Source of the DNA: an uncultured Anaerolineales bacterium
GTDB lineage: Bacteria > Chloroflexota > Anaerolineae > Anaerolineales > UBA4823
Assembly (NCBI GenBank): GCA_903872065.1
Contig: CAIQJJ010000340.1
Span: forward strand, 1-55,157
Direction: 5' to 3'
Length of the DNA: 55,157 nucleotides
Position numbers and translations under genes: made by a program
Part shown: positions 54,442-55,157 of the stretch, one piece after another
Position numbering within the stretch: the first letter of the stretch is position 1
Layout: each line of letters starts with the position of its first letter
The notes under the pieces: model-generated
Seen by the model: only the letters and a program-made list of their open reading frames with translations
What the model was told of the DNA's origin: nothing
Databases searched by the model: none

Positions 54442-55157
54442 ATGAGCGTCCACCCGTTTGACTTGCAGGCCAGGGCTGAACTGGCGGCGCATTCTTTAAC
54501 GCAGCTTCTCGATCGGCAGCGGGAGGGGCTGATGTATTTTCTGGCGGATTGGCAGGCCAGGCCGCCGCGCGCCGTGCATGGCTTGTGGGATTGCGGGGAT
54601 GGCAGCGGGCGGCATGTGGACGCCCTGGCGCTGGCGCGGCGGATGGTCGCCGCAAATTCGCCGGCGGCGCGCCCGACGCCGGCTGAGGCGCAGATCGAGG
54701 CCTGGATGATGCGTTTTTTGGGCCAGGAGGGCCTCTCCTGGCTGCCGGCCGAACCCTGGGCGCAGCCGTGGGGCGCGGAGGAACTGCTTTACGACTGGCA
54801 GGGCGGCGAGGCGCTGGCCGAGATCAGTTGGGCGCAGCGCGGTACGCTGCTCGGCTTGACCAGCCGTTTTCTGGCGAGCGGCGATGAGCGCTTCTGCCGC
54901 GCCGGGCAAAAGCTGGTGGAGGGTTTGCTGCGCATCGCTGAACGCGGCGCGGATGGCCTGTATTTCCCGGAGGGTTATTACCGCTCCGGCGGCTGGCGCT
55001 GCCGCCAGGCCGGGCTGCGCGCCGGGCTGGAGGAAGTCAATGCGGCGGTGATTGTTCCGGCGGTGCGTTTTTATTGCGCGGCGGGCTTTGAGCCAGCTTT
55101 GGAACTGGCCGAGGGCCTGGCGCGCTTTGGCTTAAAGCAGACCAGCGGCTATCGCCC
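54442..55157 (+). CDS. Hypothetical protein, 5-prime partial view (ORF runs off the window end)
   Basis: I translated it by hand from ATG 54442 (MSVHPFDLQARAELAAH ...) and found no stop through 55157. It is absent from the ORF track because it is open-ended. GC3-rich codon usage resembles its neighbours, and it starts 4 nt after the hydrolase stop. Confidence 0.6.
   Translation, partial: MSVHPFDLQARAELAAHSLTQLLDRQREGLMYFLADWQARPPRAVHGLWDCGDGSGRHVDALALARRMVAANSPAARPTPAEAQIEAWMMRFLGQEGLSWLPAEPWAQPWGAEELLYDWQGGEALAEISWAQRGTLLGLTSRFLASGDERFCRAGQKLVEGLLRIAERGADGLYFPEGYYRSGGWRCRQAGLRAGLEEVNAAVIVPAVRFYCAAGFEPALELAEGLARFGLKQTSGYR

Overview
This window reads as a gene-dense chromosomal segment, not an obvious mobile island. 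I count about 47 protein genes, one tRNA-Arg(UCU), one probable cobalamin riboswitch and a few intrinsic terminators and sigma70-like promoters. The source is probably a Chloroflexota/Anaerolineae-like monoderm; this is inference from Pro/Thr-rich linkers, a DnaD plus DnaI/DnaC-type replication set, LysM-M23 hydrolases and very large multi-GAF/PAS kinases. I saw no integrase, transposase, CRISPR array, phage structural gene or restriction endonuclease.

Recognisable content, left to right:
- FmdB zinc ribbon, a giant multi-GAF histidine kinase coupled to a TPR protein with a PTxTPx tail, EttA, an alkyltransferase-like protein and a VIT1 transporter.
- Response regulators, DUF192, LysM-M23, DUF2007, two unknown proteins, tRNA-Arg, Tpx, Hsp20 and Lon.
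- Receiver, PHP/AlbA_2 fusion, GNAT, MogA and LepB.
- A BtuFCD-like importer behind a B12 riboswitch.
- S20, ArgS, a COG2403 P-loop protein, an orphan beta-class DNA methyltransferase, a GHMP-kinase/nucleotidyltransferase fusion and an Asp-less OmpR regulator.
- DUF151 nuclease, then DnaB, a DnaD-like protein and a tandem-duplicated DnaC/DnaI-like loader.
- Fpg, MeaB plus a B12-binding mutase subunit, a second LysM-M23 and an ST7-like TPR protein.
- MutS2, MprF, Dus, a hybrid PAS/GAF kinase, a C-N hydrolase and an open-ended unknown ORF.

The most unusual candidates are:
- the receiver + PHP-AlbA_2 + GNAT module (18.35-20.9 kb);
- the covalently duplicated helicase loader (36.0-37.4 kb);
- the sugar kinase-pyrophosphorylase fusion beside a pseudo-receiver regulator (30.5-33.1 kb);
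- the COG2403 / orphan methyltransferase pair (27.8-30.4 kb);
- the uncharacterised pair next to tRNA-Arg (12.3-14.5 kb).

None of these can be shown to be a new system from sequence alone. All functional calls rest on motif recognition by eye, with no database search.
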